In this document: one piece after another, positions 35,801 to 49,958 of the stretch
Numbering within the stretch: the first letter of the stretch is position 1
How the letters are laid out: each line of letters starts with the position of its first letter
Assembly (NCBI RefSeq): GCF_009914755.1
Contig: NC_060944.1
Origin: the human T2T-CHM13v2.0 reference genome, Homo sapiens
DNA: 64,000 bases
Strand: one strand, 5' to 3'
Notes under the pieces: model-generated
Told to the model about the DNA's origin: nothing
Seen by the model: only the letters and a program-made list of their open reading frames with translations
The model's database searches: none
Translations under genes and position numbers: made by a program

Positions 35801-38800
35801 GCAGCTTTGAGGATTTCGTTGGAAACGGGAATACATGTAAAAAGCAGACAGCAGCATTCTCAGAAACTTCTTTGTGATGTTTGCATTGAAGTCACAGAGT
35901 TGAACATTCCCTTTGAGAGAGCAGGTTTGAAACACGCCTTTTGTCATATCTGGAAGTGTCCATTCGGAGCGCATTCAGGCTTGTGTTGAAAAAGGAAATA
36001 TCCTCCCATAAAAACTAGACAGAAGCATTCTCAGAAACTTATCTGTGATGTATGTACTCAACTAACAGAACTAAACCATCGTTTTGAAGGAGCAGTTTTG
36101 AAACACTCTTTTTGCGGAATCTGCAAGTGGATATTTGGCTAGCTGGGAGGATTTCGTTGGAAACGGGATTACATACAAAAAGCAGACAGCAGCATTCTCA
36201 GAAACTTCTTTGTGATGTTTGCATTCAAGTCACAGAGTTGAACATTCCCTTTCATAGAGCAGGTTTGAAACACTCTTTTTGTAGTATCTGGATGTGGACA
36301 TTTGGATCGCTTTCAGGCCTATGGTGAAAAAGGAAATATCTTCCCATGAAAACTAGACAGAAGCATTCTCAGAAACTTATTTGTGATGTGTGCCCTCAAC
36401 TGACAGTGTTGAACCTTTGTTTTGATAGAGCAGTTCTGAAACACACTTTTTGTAAAATCTGCAAGAGGATATTTGGATAGCTTTGAGGATTTCGTTGGAA
36501 ACGGGAATGTCTTCATGTAAACTCTAGACAGAAGCATTCTCAGAAACTGCTTTGGGATGTTTCAATTGAAGTCCCAGTGTTGAACATTCCCATTCATAGA
36601 GCAGGTTTGAAACACTCTTTTTGTACTATCTGGAAGTGGACATTTGGAGCGCTTTCAGGTCTACGGTGAAAAAGGAGATATCTTCCAATAAAAACTAGAT
36701 AGAAGCAATGTCAGAACTCTTTTCATGATGTATCTACTCAGCAAACAGAGTTGAACCTTTCTTTTGAGAGAGCAGTTTTGAAACACTCTTTTTGTGGAAT
36801 ATGCAAGTGGGTATTAGGCCAGCTTGGAGGATTTCGTTGGAAACGGGAATACGTATAAAAAGCAGACAGCAGCATTGTCAGAAACTACTTTGTGATGTTT
36901 GCATTCAAGTCACAGAATTGAACACTCCCTTTCACAGAGCAGGTTTGAAACACTCTTTTTGTAGTGTCTGTAAGTGAACATTTGGATTGCTTTCAGGCCT
37001 AAGGTGAAAAAGGAAATATCTTCCCATAAAAACTAGACAGAAGCATTCTCAGAAACTTGTTTGTGATGTGTGCCCTCTACTGACAGAGTTGAACCTTTCT
37101 TTGCAAAGAGCAGTTTTGAAACACTCTTTTTGTAGAATCTGCAAGAGGATATTTGGATAGCTTTGAGGATTTCTTGGGAAACGGGAATGTCTTCAGATAA
37201 ACTCTAGACAGAAGCATTCTCAGAAACTTCTTTGGGATGTTTCAATTGAAGTCACAGTGTTGAACATTCCCTTTCACAGAGCAGGTTTGAAACACTCTTT
37301 TTGTAGTGTCTATAAGTGAACATTTGGCGTGCTTTCAGGCCTAACGTGAAAAAGGAAATATCTTCCCATAAAAACTAGACAGAAGCATTCTCAGAAACTT
37401 GTTCTTGATGTGTGCCCTCTACTGACAGAGTTGAACCTTTCTTTGCAAAGAGCAGCTTTGAAACACTCTTTTTGTAGAATCTGCAAGAGGATATTTGGAT
37501 AGCTTGGAGGATTTCGTTGGAAACGGGTATGTCTTCAGATAAACTCTAGACAGAAGCATTCTCAGAAACTTCTTTGGGATGTTGCATTCAAGTCACAGAG
37601 TAGAACATTCCCATTCATAGAGCAGATTTGAAACACTCTTTTTGTAGTATCTGGAAGTGGACATTTGGAGCGCTTTCAGGCCTATGTTGAAAAAGGAAAT
37701 ATCTTCCCATAAAAACTAGACGGAAGCATTCTCAGAAACTTATTTGTGATGTGTTTGCTCAACTAACAGGATTGAACCATCGTTTTGAAGGAGCAGTTTT
37801 GAAACACTGTTTTCGTGGAATCTGCAAGTGGATATTTGGCTAGCTTTGAGGATTTCGTTGGAAACGGGATTACATATAAAAAGGAGACAGCAGCATTCTC
37901 AGAAACTTCTTTGTGATGTCTGCATTCAATTCACAGAGTTGAGCATTCCCTTTCATAGAGCAGGTTGGAAACACTCTTTTTGTAGTATCTGGATGAGGAC
38001 ATTTGGAGCGCTTTCAGGCGTATGGTGAAAAAGGAAATATCTTCCCGTAAAAACTAGACAGAAGCATTCTCAGAAGTTTATTTGTGATGTGTGCCCTCAA
38101 CTAACAGAGTTGAACCTTTCTTTTGATAGAGCAGTTTTGAAACACTCTTTTTGTAAAATCTGCAAGAGGATATTTGGATAGCTTTGAGGATTTCGTTGCA
38201 AACGGGAATGGCTTCATATAAACTCTAGACAGAAGCATTCTCAGAAACTTCGTTGGGATGTTTCGATTGAAGTCCCAGTGTTGAACATTCCCTTTTATAG
38301 AGCAGGTTGGAAACACTCTTTCTGCATTCCCTGGAAGTGGACATTTGGAGCGCTTTCAGGACGACGGTGAAAATGGAAATATCTTCCAAGAAAATCTAGA
38401 TAGAAGCAACGTCAGAAACTTTTATGTGATGGATCTACTCAGCTAACAGAGTTGAACCTTTCTTTTGAGAGAGCAGTTTTGCAACACTCTTTTTGTGGAA
38501 TATGCAAGTGGATATTAGGGCAGCTTTGAGGATTTCGTTGGAAACGGGAATACATGTAAAAAGCAGACAGCAGCATTCTCAGAAACTTCTTTGTGATGTT
38601 TGCATTGAAGTCACAGAGTTGAACATTCCCTTTGAGAGAGCAGGTTTGAAACACGCCTTTTGTCATATCTGGAAGTGTCCATTCGGAGCGCATTCAGGCT
38701 TGTGTTGAAACAGGAAATATCCTCCCATAAAAACTAGACAGAAGCATTCTCAGAAACTTATCTGTGATGTATGTACTCAACTAACAGAACTAAACCATCG

Positions 38801-41800
38801 TTTTGAAGGAGCAGTTTTGAAACACTCTTTTTGCGGAATCTGCAAGTGGATATTTGGCTAGCTGGGAGGATTTCGTTGGAAACGGGATTACATACAAAAA
38901 GCAGACAGCAGCATTCTCAGAAACTTCTTTGTGATGTTTGCATTCAAGTCACAGAGTTGAACATTCCCTTTCATAGAGCAGGTTTGAAACACTCTTTTTG
39001 TAGTATCTGGATGTGGACATTTGGATCGCTTTCAGGCCTATGGTGAAAAAGGAAATATCTTCCCATGAAAACTAGACAGAAGCATTCTCAGAAACTTATT
39101 TGTGATGTGTGCCCTCAACTGACAGTGTTGAACCTTTGTTTTGATAGAGCAGTTCTGAAACACACTTTTTGTAAAATCTGCAAGAGGATATTTGGATAGC
39201 TTTGAGGATTTCGTTGGAAACGGGAATGTCTTCATGTAAACTCTAGACAGAAGCATTCTCAGAAACTGCTTTGGGATGTTTCAATTGAAGTCCCAGTGTT
39301 GAACATTCCCATTCATAGAGCAGGTTTGAAACACTCTTTTTGTACTATCTGGAAGTGGACATTTGGAGCGCTTTCAGGTCTACGGTGAAAAAGGAGATAT
39401 CTTCCAATAAAAACTAGATAGAAGCAATGTCAGAACTCTTTTCATGATGTATCTACTCAGCAAACAGAGTTGAACCTTTCTTTTGAGAGAGCAGTTTTGA
39501 AACACTCTTTTTGTGGAATATGCAAGTGGGTATTAGGCCAGCTTGGAGGATTTCGTTGGAAACGGGAATACGTATAAAAAGCAGACAGCAGCATTGTCAG
39601 AAACTACTTTGTGATGTTTGCATTCAAGTCACAGAATTGAACACTCCCTTTCACAGAGCAGGTTTGAAACACTCTTTTTGTAGTGTCTGTAAGTGAACAT
39701 TTGGATTGCTTTCAGGCCTAAGGTGAAAAAGGAAATATCTTCCCATAAAAACTAGACAGAAGCATTCTCAGAAACTTGTTTGTGATGTGTGCCCTCTACT
39801 GACAGAGTTGAACCTTTCTTTGCAAAGAGCAGTTTTGAAACACTCTTTTTGTAGAATCTGCAAGAGGATATTTGGATAGCTTTGAGGATTTCTTGGGAAA
39901 CGGGAATGTCTTCAGATAAACTCTAGACAGAAGCATTCTCAGAAACTTCTTTGGGATGTTTCAATTGAAGTCACAGTGTTGAACATTCCCTTTCACAGAG
40001 CAGGTTTGAAACACTCTTTTTGTAGTGTCTATAAGTGAACATTTGGCGTGCTTTCAGGCCTAACGTGAAAAAGGAAATATCTTCCCATAAAAACTAGACA
40101 GAAGCATTCTCAGAAACTTGTTCTTGATGTGTGCCCTCTACTGACAGAGTTGAACCTTTCTTTGCAAAGAGCAGCTTTGAAACACTCTTTTTGTAGAATC
40201 TGCAAGAGGATATTTGGATAGCTTGGAGGATTTCGTTGGAAACGGGTATGTCTTCATATAAACTCTAGACAGAAGCATTCTCAGAAACTTCTTTGGGATG
40301 TTGCATTCAAGTCACAGAGTAGAACATTCCCATTCATAGAGCAGATTTGAAACACTCTTTTTGTAGTATCTGGAAGTGGACATTTGGAGCGCTTTCAGGC
40401 CTATGTTGAAAAAGGAAATATCTTCCCATAAAAACTAGACGGAAGCATTCTCAGAAACTTATTTGTGATGTGTTTGCTCAACTAACAGGATTGAACCATC
40501 GTTTTGAAGGAGCAGTTTTGAAACACTGTTTTCGTGGAATCTGCAAGTGGATATTTGGCTAGCTTTGAGGATTTCGTTGGAAACGGGATTACATATAAAA
40601 AGGAGACAGCAGCATTCTCAGAAACTTCTTTGTGATGTCTGCATTCAATTCACAGAGTTGAGCATTCCCTTTCATAGAGCAGGTTGGAAACACTCTTTTT
40701 GTAGTATCTGGATGAGGACATTTGGAGCGCTTTCAGGCGTATGGTGAAAAAGGAAATATCTTCCCGTAAAAACTAGACAGAAGCCTTCTCAGAAGTTTAT
40801 TTGTGATGTGTGCCCTCAACTAACAGAGTTGAACCTTTCTTTTGATAGAGCAGTTTTGAAACACTCTTTTTGTAAAATCTGCAAGAGGATATTTGGATAG
40901 CTTTGAGGATTTCGTTGCAAACGGGAATGGCTTCATATAAACTCTAGACAGAAGCATTCTCAGAAACTTCGTTGGGATGTTTCGATTGAAGTCCCAGTGT
41001 TGAACATTCCCTTTTATAGAGCAGGTTGGAAACACTCTTTCTGCATTCCCTGGAAGTGGACATTTGGAGCGCTTTCAGGATGACGGTGAAAATGGAAATA
41101 TCTTCCAAGAAAATCTAGATAGAAGCAACGTCAGAAACTTTTATGTGATGGATCTACTCAGCTAACAGAGTTGAACCTTTCTTTTGAGAGAGCAGTTTTG
41201 CAACACTCTTTTTGTGGAATATGCAAGTGGATATTAGGGCAGCTTTGAGGATTTCGTTGGAAACGGGAATACATGTAAAAAGCAGACAGCAGCATTCTCA
41301 GAAACTTCTTTGTGATGTTTGCATTGAAGTCACAGAGTTGAACATTCCCTTTGAGAGAGCAGGTTTGAAACACGCCTTTTGTCATATCTGGAAGTGTCCA
41401 TTCGGAGCGCATTCAGGCTTGTGTTGAAAAAGGAAATATCCTCCCATAAAAACTAGACAGAAGCATTCTCAGAAACTTATTTGTGATGTATGTACTCAAC
41501 TAACAGAACTAAACCATCGTTTTGAAGGAGCAGTTTTGAAACACTCTTTTTGCGGAATCTGCAAGTGGATATTTGGCTAGCTGGGAGGATTTCGTTGGAA
41601 ACGGGATTACATACAAAAAGCAGAGAGCAGCATTCTCAGAAACTTCTTTGTGATGTTTGCATTCAAGTCACAGAGTTGAACATTCCCTTTCATAGAGCAG
41701 GTTTGAAACACTCTTTTTGTAGTATCTGGATGTGGACATTTGGATCGCTTTCAGGCCTATGGTGAAAAAGGAAATATCTTCCCATGAAAACTAGACAGAA

Positions 41801-44800
41801 GCATTCTCAGAAACTTATTTGTGATGTGTGCCCTCAACTGACAGTGTTGAACCTTTGTTTTGATAGAGCAGTTCTGAAACACACTTTTTGTAAAATCTGC
41901 AAGAGGATATTTGGATAGCTTTGAGGATTTCGTTGGAAACGGGAATGTCTTCATGTAAACTCTAGACAGAAGCATTCTCAGAAACTGCTTTGGGATGTTT
42001 CAATTGAAGTCCCAGTGTTGAACATTCCCTTTCATAGAGCAGGTTTGAAACACTCTTTTTGTACTATCTGGAAGTGGACATTTGGAGCGCTTTCAGGTCT
42101 ACGGTGAAAAAGGAGATATCTTCCAATAAAAACTAGATAGAAGCAATGTCAGAACTTTTTTCATGATGTATCTACTCAGCAAACAGAGTTGAACCTTTCT
42201 TTTGAGAGAGCAGTTTTGAAACACTCTTTTTGTGGAATATGCAAGTGGGTATTAGGCCAGCTTGGAGGATTTCGTTGGAAACGGGAATACGTATAAAAAG
42301 CAGACAGCAGCATTGTCAGAAACTACTTTGTGATGTTTGCATTCAAGTCACAGAATTGAACACTCCCTTTCACAGAGCAGGTTTGAAACACTCTTTTTGT
42401 AGTGTCTGTAAGTGAACATTTGGATTGCTTTCAGGCCTAAGGTGAAAAAGGAAATATCTTCCCATAAAAACTAGACAGAAGCATTCTCAGAAACTTGTTT
42501 GTGATGTGTGCCCTCTACTGACAGAGTTGAACCTTTCTTTGCAAAGAGCAGTTTTGAAACACTCTTTTTGTAGAATCTGCAAGAGGATATTTGGATAGCT
42601 TTGAGGATTTCTTGGGAAACGGGAATGTCTTCAGATAAACTCTAGACAGAAGCATTCTCAGAAACTTCTTTGGGATGTTTCAATTGAAGTCACAGTGTTG
42701 AACATTCCCTTTCACAGAGCAGGTTTGAAACACTCTTTTTGTAGTGTCTATAAGTGAACATTTGGCGTGCTTTCAGGCCTTACGTGAAAAAGGAAATATC
42801 TTCCCATAAAAACTAGACAGAAGCATTCTCAGAAACTTGTTCTTGATGTGTGCCCTCTACTGACAGAGTTGAACCTTTCTTTGCAAAGAGCAGCTTTGAA
42901 ACACTCTTTTTGTAGAATCTGCAAGAGGATATTTGGATAGCTTGGAGGATTTCGTTGGAAACGGGTATGTCTTCAGATAAACTCTAGACAGAAGCATTCT
43001 CAGAAACTTCTTTGGGATGTTGCATTCAAGTCACAGAGTAGAACATTCCCATTCATAGAGCAGATTTGAAACACTCTTTTTGTAGTATCTGGAAGTGGAC
43101 ATTTGGAGCGCTTTCAGGCCTATGTTGAAAAAGGAAATATCTTCCCATAAAAACTAGACGGAAGCATTCTCAGAAACTTATTTGTGATGTGTTTGCTCAA
43201 CTAACAGGATTGAACCATCGTTTTGAAGGAGCAGTTTTGAAACACTGTTTTCGTGGAATCTGCAAGTGGATATTTGGCTAGCTTTGAGGATTTCGTTGGA
43301 AACGGGATTACATATAAAAAGGAGACAGCAGCATTCTCAGAAACTTCTTTGTGATGTCTGCATTCAATTCACAGAGTTGAGCATTCCCTTTCATAGAGCA
43401 GGTTGGAAACACTCTTTTTGTAGTATCTGGATGAGGACATTTGGAGCGCTTTCAGGCGTATGGTGAAAAAGGAAATATCTTCCCGTAAAAACTAGACAGA
43501 AGCCTTCTCAGAAGTTTATTTGTGATGTGTGCCCTCAACTAACAGAGTTGAACCTTTCTTTTGATAGAGCAGTTTTGAAACACTCTTTTTGTAAAATCTG
43601 CAAGAGGATATTTGGATAGCTTTGAGGATTTCGTTGCAAACGGGAATGGCTTCATATAAACTCTAGACAGAAGCATTCTCAGAAACTTCGTTGGGATGTT
43701 TCGATTGAAGTCCCAGTGTTGAACATTCCCTTTTATAGAGCAGGTTGGAAACACTCTTTCTGCATTCCCTGGAAGTGGACATTTGGAGCGCTTTCAGGAC
43801 GACGGTGAAAATGGAAATATCTTCCAAGAAAATCTAGATAGAAGCAACGTCAGAAACTTTTATGTGATGGATCTACTCAGCTAACAGAGTTGAACCTTTC
43901 TTTTGAGAGAGCAGTTTTGCAACACTCTTTTTGTGGAATATGCAAGTGGATATTAGGGCAGCTTTGAGGATTTCGTTGGAAACGGGAATACATGTAAAAA
44001 GCAGACAGCAGCATTCTCAGAAACTTCTTTGTGATGTTTGCATTGAAGTCACAGAGTTGAACATTCCCTTTGAGAGAGCAGGTTTGAAACACGCCTTTTG
44101 TCATATCTGGAAGTGTCCATTCGGAGCGCATTCAGGCTTGTGTTGAAAAAGGAAATATCCTCCCATAAAAACTAGACAGAAGCATTCTCAGAAACTTATT
44201 TGTGATGTATGTACTCAACTAACAGAACTAAACCATCGTTTTGAAGGAGCAGTTTTGAAACACTCTTTTTGCGGAATCTGCAAGTGGATATTTGGCTAGC
44301 TGGGAGGATTTCGTTGGAAACGGGATTACATACAAAAAGCAGAGAGCAGCATTCTCAGAAACTTCTTTGTGATGTTTGCATTCAAGTCACAGAGTTGAAC
44401 ATTCCCTTTCATAGAGCAGGTTTGAAACACTCTTTTTGTAGTATCTGGATGTGGACATTTGGATCGCTTTCAGGCCTATGGTGAAAAAGGAAATATCTTC
44501 CCATGAAAACTAGACAGAAGCATTCTCAGAAACTTATTTGTGATGTGTGCCCTCAACTGACAGTGTTGAACCTTTGTTTTGATAGAGCAGTTCTGAAACA
44601 CACTTTTTGTAAAATCTGCAAGAGGATATTTGGATAGCTTTGAGGATTTCGTTGGAAACGGGAATGTCTTCATGTAAACTCTAGACAGAAGCATTCTCAG
44701 AAACTGCTTTGGGATGTTTCAATTGAAGTCCCAGTGTTGAACATTCCCTTTCATAGAGCAGGTTTGAAACACTCTTTTTGTACTATCTGGAAGTGGACAT

Positions 44801-47800
44801 TTGGAGCGCTTTCAGGTCTACGGTGAAAAAGGAGATATCTTCCAATAAAAACTAGATAGAAGCAATGTCAGAACTTTTTTCATGATGTATCTACTCAGCA
44901 AACAGAGTTGAACCTTTCTTTTGAGAGAGCAGTTTTGAAACACTCTTTTTGTGGAATATGCAAGTGGGTATTAGGCCAGCTTGGAGGATTTCGTTGGAAA
45001 CGGGAATACGTATAAAAAGCAGACAGCAGCATTGTCAGAAACTACTTTGTGATGTTTGCATTCAAGTCACAGAATTGAACACTCCCTTTCACAGAGCAGG
45101 TTTGAAACACTCTTTTTGTAGTGTCTGTAAGTGAACATTTGGATTGCTTTCAGGCCTAAGGTGAAAAAGGAAATATCTTCCCATAAAAACTAGACAGAAG
45201 CATTCTCAGAAACTTGTTTGTGATGTGTGCCCTCTACTGACAGAGTTGAACCTTTCTTTGCAAAGAGCAGTTTTGAAACACTCTTTTTGTAGAATCTGCA
45301 AGAGGATATTTGGATAGCTTTGAGGATTTCTTGGGAAACGGGAATGTCTTCAGATAAACTCTAGACAGAAGCATTCTCAGAAACTTCTTTGGGATGTTTC
45401 AATTGAAGTCACAGTGTTGAACATTCCCTTTCACAGAGCAGGTTTGAAACACTCTTTTTGTAGTGTCTATAAGTGAACATTTGGCGTGCTTTCAGGCGTA
45501 ACGTGAAAAAGGAAATATCTTCCCATAAAAACTAGACAGAAGCATTCTCAGAAACTTGTTCTTGATGTGTCCCCTCTACTGACAGAGTTGAACCTTTCTT
45601 TGCAAAGAGCAGCTTTGAAACACTCTTTTTGTAGAATCTGCAAGAGGATATTTGGATAGCTTGGAGGATTTCGTTGGAAACGGGTATGTCTTCAGATAAA
45701 CTCTAGACAGAAGCATTCTCAGAAACTTCTTTGGGATGTTGCATTCAAGTCACAGAGTAGAACATTCCCATTCATAGAGCAGATTTGAAACACTCTTTTT
45801 GTAGTATCTGGAAGTGGACATTTGGAGCGCTTTCAGGCCTATGTTGAAAAAGGAAATATCTTCCCATAAAAACTAGACGGAAGCATTCTCAGAAACTTAT
45901 TTGTGATGTGTTTGCTCAACTAACAGGATTGAACCATCGTTTTGAAGGAGCAGTTTTGAAACACTGTTTTCGTGGAATCTGCAAGTGGATATTTGGCTAG
46001 CTTTGAGGATTTCGTTGGAAACGGGATTACATATAAAAAGGAGACAGCAGCATTCTCAGAAACTTCTTTGTGATGTCTGCATTCAATTCACAGAGTTGAG
46101 CATTCCCTTTCATAGAGCAGGTTGGAAACACTCTTTTTGTAGTATCTGGATGAGGACATTTGGAGCGCTTTCAGGCGTATGGTGAAAAAGGAAATATCTT
46201 CCCGTAAAAACTAGACAGAAGCATTCTCAGAAGTTTATTTGTGATGTGTGCCCTCAACTAACAGAGTTGAACCTTTCTTTTGATAGAGCAGTTTTGAAAC
46301 ACTCTTTTTGTAAAATCTGCAAGAGGATATTTGGATAGCTTTGAGGATTTCGTTGCAAACGGGAATGGCTTCATATAAACTCTAGACAGAAGCATTCTCA
46401 GAAACTTCGTTGGGATGTTTCGATTGAAGTCCCAGTGTTGAACATTCCCTTTTATAGAGCAGGTTGGAAACACTCTTTCTGCATTCCCTGGAAGTGGACA
46501 TTTGGAGCGCTTTCAGGACGACGGTGAAAATGGAAATATCTTCCAAGAAAATCTAGATAGAAGCAACGTCAGAAACTTTTATGTGATGGATCTACTCAGC
46601 TAACAGAGTTGAACCTTTCTTTTGAGAGAGCAGTTTTGCAACACTCTTTTTGTGGAATATGCAAGTGGATATTAGGGCAGCTTTGAGGATTTCGTTGGAA
46701 ACGGGAATACATGTAAAAAGCAGACAGCAGCATTCTCAGAAACTTCTTTGTGATGTTTGCATTGAAGTCACAGAGTTGAACATTCCCTTTGAGAGAGCAG
46801 GTTTGAAACACGCCTTTTGTCATATCTGGAAGTGTCCATTCGGAGCGCATTCAGGCTTGTGTTGAAAAAGGAAATATCCTCCCATAAAAACTAGACAGAA
46901 GCATTCTCAGAAACTTATCTGTGATGTATGTACTCAACTAACAGAACTAAACCATCGTTTTGAAGGAGCAGTTTTGAAACACTCTTTTTGCGGAATCTGC
47001 AAGTGGATATTTGGCTAGCTGGGAGGATTTCGTTGGAAACGGGATTACATACAAAAAGCAGACAGCAGCATTCTCAGAAACTTCTTTGTGATGTTTGCAT
47101 TCAAGTCACAGAGTTGAACATTCCCTTTCATAGAGCAGGTTTGAAACACTCTTTTTGTAGTATCTGGATGTGGACATTTGGATCGCTTTCAGGCCTATGG
47201 TGAAAAAGGAAATATCTTCCCATGAAAACTAGACAGAAGCATTCTCAGAAACTTATTTGTGATGTGTGCCCTCAACTGACAGTGTTGAACCTTTGTTTTG
47301 ATAGAGCAGTTCTGAAACACACTTTTTGTAAAATCTGCAAGAGGATATTTGGATAGCTTTGAGGATTTCGTTGGAAACGGGAATGTCTTCATGTAAACTC
47401 TAGACAGAAGCATTCTCAGAAACTGCTTTGGGATGTTTCAATTGAAGTCCCAGTGTTGAACATTCCCATTCATAGAGCAGGTTTGAAACACTCTTTTTGT
47501 ACTATCTGGAAGTGGACATTTGGAGCGCTTTCAGGTCTACGGTGAAAAAGGAGATATCTTCCAATAAAAACTAGATAGAAGCAATGTCAGAACTCTTTTC
47601 ATGATGTATCTACTCAGCAAACAGAGTTGAACCTTTCTTTTGAGAGAGCAGTTTTGAAACACTCTTTTTGTGGAATATGCAAGTGGGTATTAGGCCAGCT
47701 TGGAGGATTTCGTTGGAAACGGGAATACGTATAAAAAGCAGACAGCAGCATTGTCAGAAACTACTTTGTGATGTTTGCATTCAAGTCACAGAATTGAACA

Positions 47801-48940
47801 CTCCCTTTCACAGAGCAGGTTTGAAACACTCTTTTTGTAGTGTCTGTAAGTGAACATTTGGATTGCTTTCAGGCCTAAGGTGAAAAAGGAAATATCTTCC
47901 CATAAAAACTAGACAGAAGCATTCTCAGAAACTTGTTTCTGATGTGTGCCCTCTACTGACAGAGTTGAACCTTTCTTTGCAAAGAGCAGTTTTGAAACAC
48001 TCTTTTTGTAGAATCTGCAAGAGGATATTTGGATAGCTTTGAGGATTTCTTGGGAAACGGGAATGTCTTCAGATAAACTCTAGACAGAAGCATTCTCAGA
48101 AACTTCTTTGGGATGTTTCAATTGAAGTCACAGTGTTGAACATTCCCTTTCACAGAGCAGGTTTGAAACACTCTTTTTGTAGTGTCTATAAGTGAACATT
48201 TGGCGTGCTTTCAGGCCTAACGTGAAAAAGGAAATATCTTCCCATAAAAACTAGACAGAAGCATTCTCAGAAACTTGTTCTTGATGTGTGCCCTCTACTG
48301 ACAGAGTTGAACCTTTCTTTGCAAAGAGCAGCTTTGAAACACTCTTTTTGTAGAATCTGCAAGAGGATATTTGGATAGCTTGGAGGATTTCGTTGGAAAC
48401 GGGTATGTCTTCAGATAAACTCTAGACAGAAGCATTCTCAGAAACTTCTTTGGGATGTTGCATTCAAGTCACAGAGTAGAACATTCCCATTCATAGAGCA
48501 GATTTGAAACACTCTTTTTGTAGTATCTGGAAGTGGACATTTGGAGCGCTTTCAGGCCTATGTTGAAAAAGGAAATATCTTCCCATAAAAACTAGACGGA
48601 AGCATTCTCAGAAACTTATTTGTGATGTGTTTGCTCAACTAACAGGATTGAACCATCGTTTTGAAGGAGCAGTTTTGAAACACTGTTTTCGTGGAATCTG
48701 CAAGTGGATATTTGGCTAGCTTTGAGGATTTCGTTGGAAACGGGATTACATATAAAAAGGAGACAGCAGCATTCTCAGAAACTTCTTTGTGATGTCTGCA
48801 TTCAATTCACAGAGTTGAGCATTCCCTTTCATAGAGCAGGTTGGAAACACTCTTTTTGTAGTATCTGGATGAGGACATTTGGAGCGCTTTCAGGCGTATG
48901 GTGAAAAAGGAAATATCTTCCCGTAAAAACTAGACAGAAG

Positions 48941-49958
48941 CATTCTCAGAAGTTTATTTGTGATGTGTGCCCTCAACTAACAGAGTTGAACCTTTCTTTT
49001 GATAGAGCAGTTTTGAAACACTCTTTTTGTAAAATCTGCAAGAGGATATTTGGATAGCTTTGAGGATTTCGTTGCAAACGGGAATGGCTTCATATAAACT
49101 CTAGACAGAAGCATTCTCAGAAACTTCGTTGGGATGTTTCGATTGAAGTCCCAGTGTTGAACATTCCCTTTTATAGAGCAGGTTGGAAACACTCTTTCTG
49201 CATTCCCTGGAAGTGGACATTTGGAGCGCTTTCAGGACGACGGTGAAAATGGAAATATCTTCCAAGAAAATCTAGATAGAAGCAACGTCAGAAACTTTTA
49301 TGTGATGGATCTACTCAGCTAACAGAGTTGAACCTTTCTTTTGAGAGAGCAGTTTTGCAACACTCTTTTTGTGGAATATGCAAGTGGATATTAGGGCAGC
49401 TTTGAGGATTTCGTTGGAAACGGGAATACATGTAAAAAGCAGACAGCAGCATTCTCAGAAACTTCTTTGTGATGTTTGCATTGAAGTCACAGAGTTGAAC
49501 ATTCCCTTTGAGAGAGCAGGTTTGAAACACGCCTTTTGTCATATCTGGAAGTGTCCATTCGGAGCGCATTCAGGCTTGTGTTGAAAAAGGAAATATCCTC
49601 CCATAAAAACTAGACAGAAGCATTCTCAGAAACTTATCTGTGATGTATGTACTCAACTAACAGAACTAAACCATCGTTTTGAAGGAGCAGTTTTGAAACA
49701 CTCTTTTTGCGGAATCTGCAAGTGGATATTTGGCTAGCTGGGAGGATTTCGTTGGAAACGGGATTACATACAAAAAGCAGACAGCAGCATTCTCAGAAAC
49801 TTCTTTGTGATGTCTGCATTCAATTCACAGAGTTGAGCATTCCCTTTCATAGAGCAGGTTGGAAACACTCTTTTTGTAGTATCTGGATGAGGACATTTGG
49901 AGCGCTTTCAGGCGTATGGTGAAAAAGGAAATATCTTCCCGTAAAAACTAGACAGAAG
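48941..49958 (+). repeat. 6-monomer structural variant HOR (M1-M5 + M16; 1018 bp)
   Basis: ORF copies at 48977 and 49995 are 1018 bp apart. The chimeric ORF 49707..49922 joins M5-type to M16-type sequence. M5-specific TACATACAAAAAGCAG is followed by M16-specific GATGTCTGCATTCAATTCACAGAGTTGAGC. Confidence 0.97.

Larger units (their letters stand above)
1..48940 (+). repeat. Run of 18 consecutive full-length 16-mer HORs (unit 11 is 2717 bp)
   Basis: Period is 2719 throughout, except a -2 shift between ORF copies at 27227 and 29944. Confidence 0.97.

Noticed and set aside
49707-49922. Unique chimeric ORF as a possible novel gene or diversity-generating product
   Set aside because: It is only the in-frame readout of the M5/M16 junction of the 6-mer variant.
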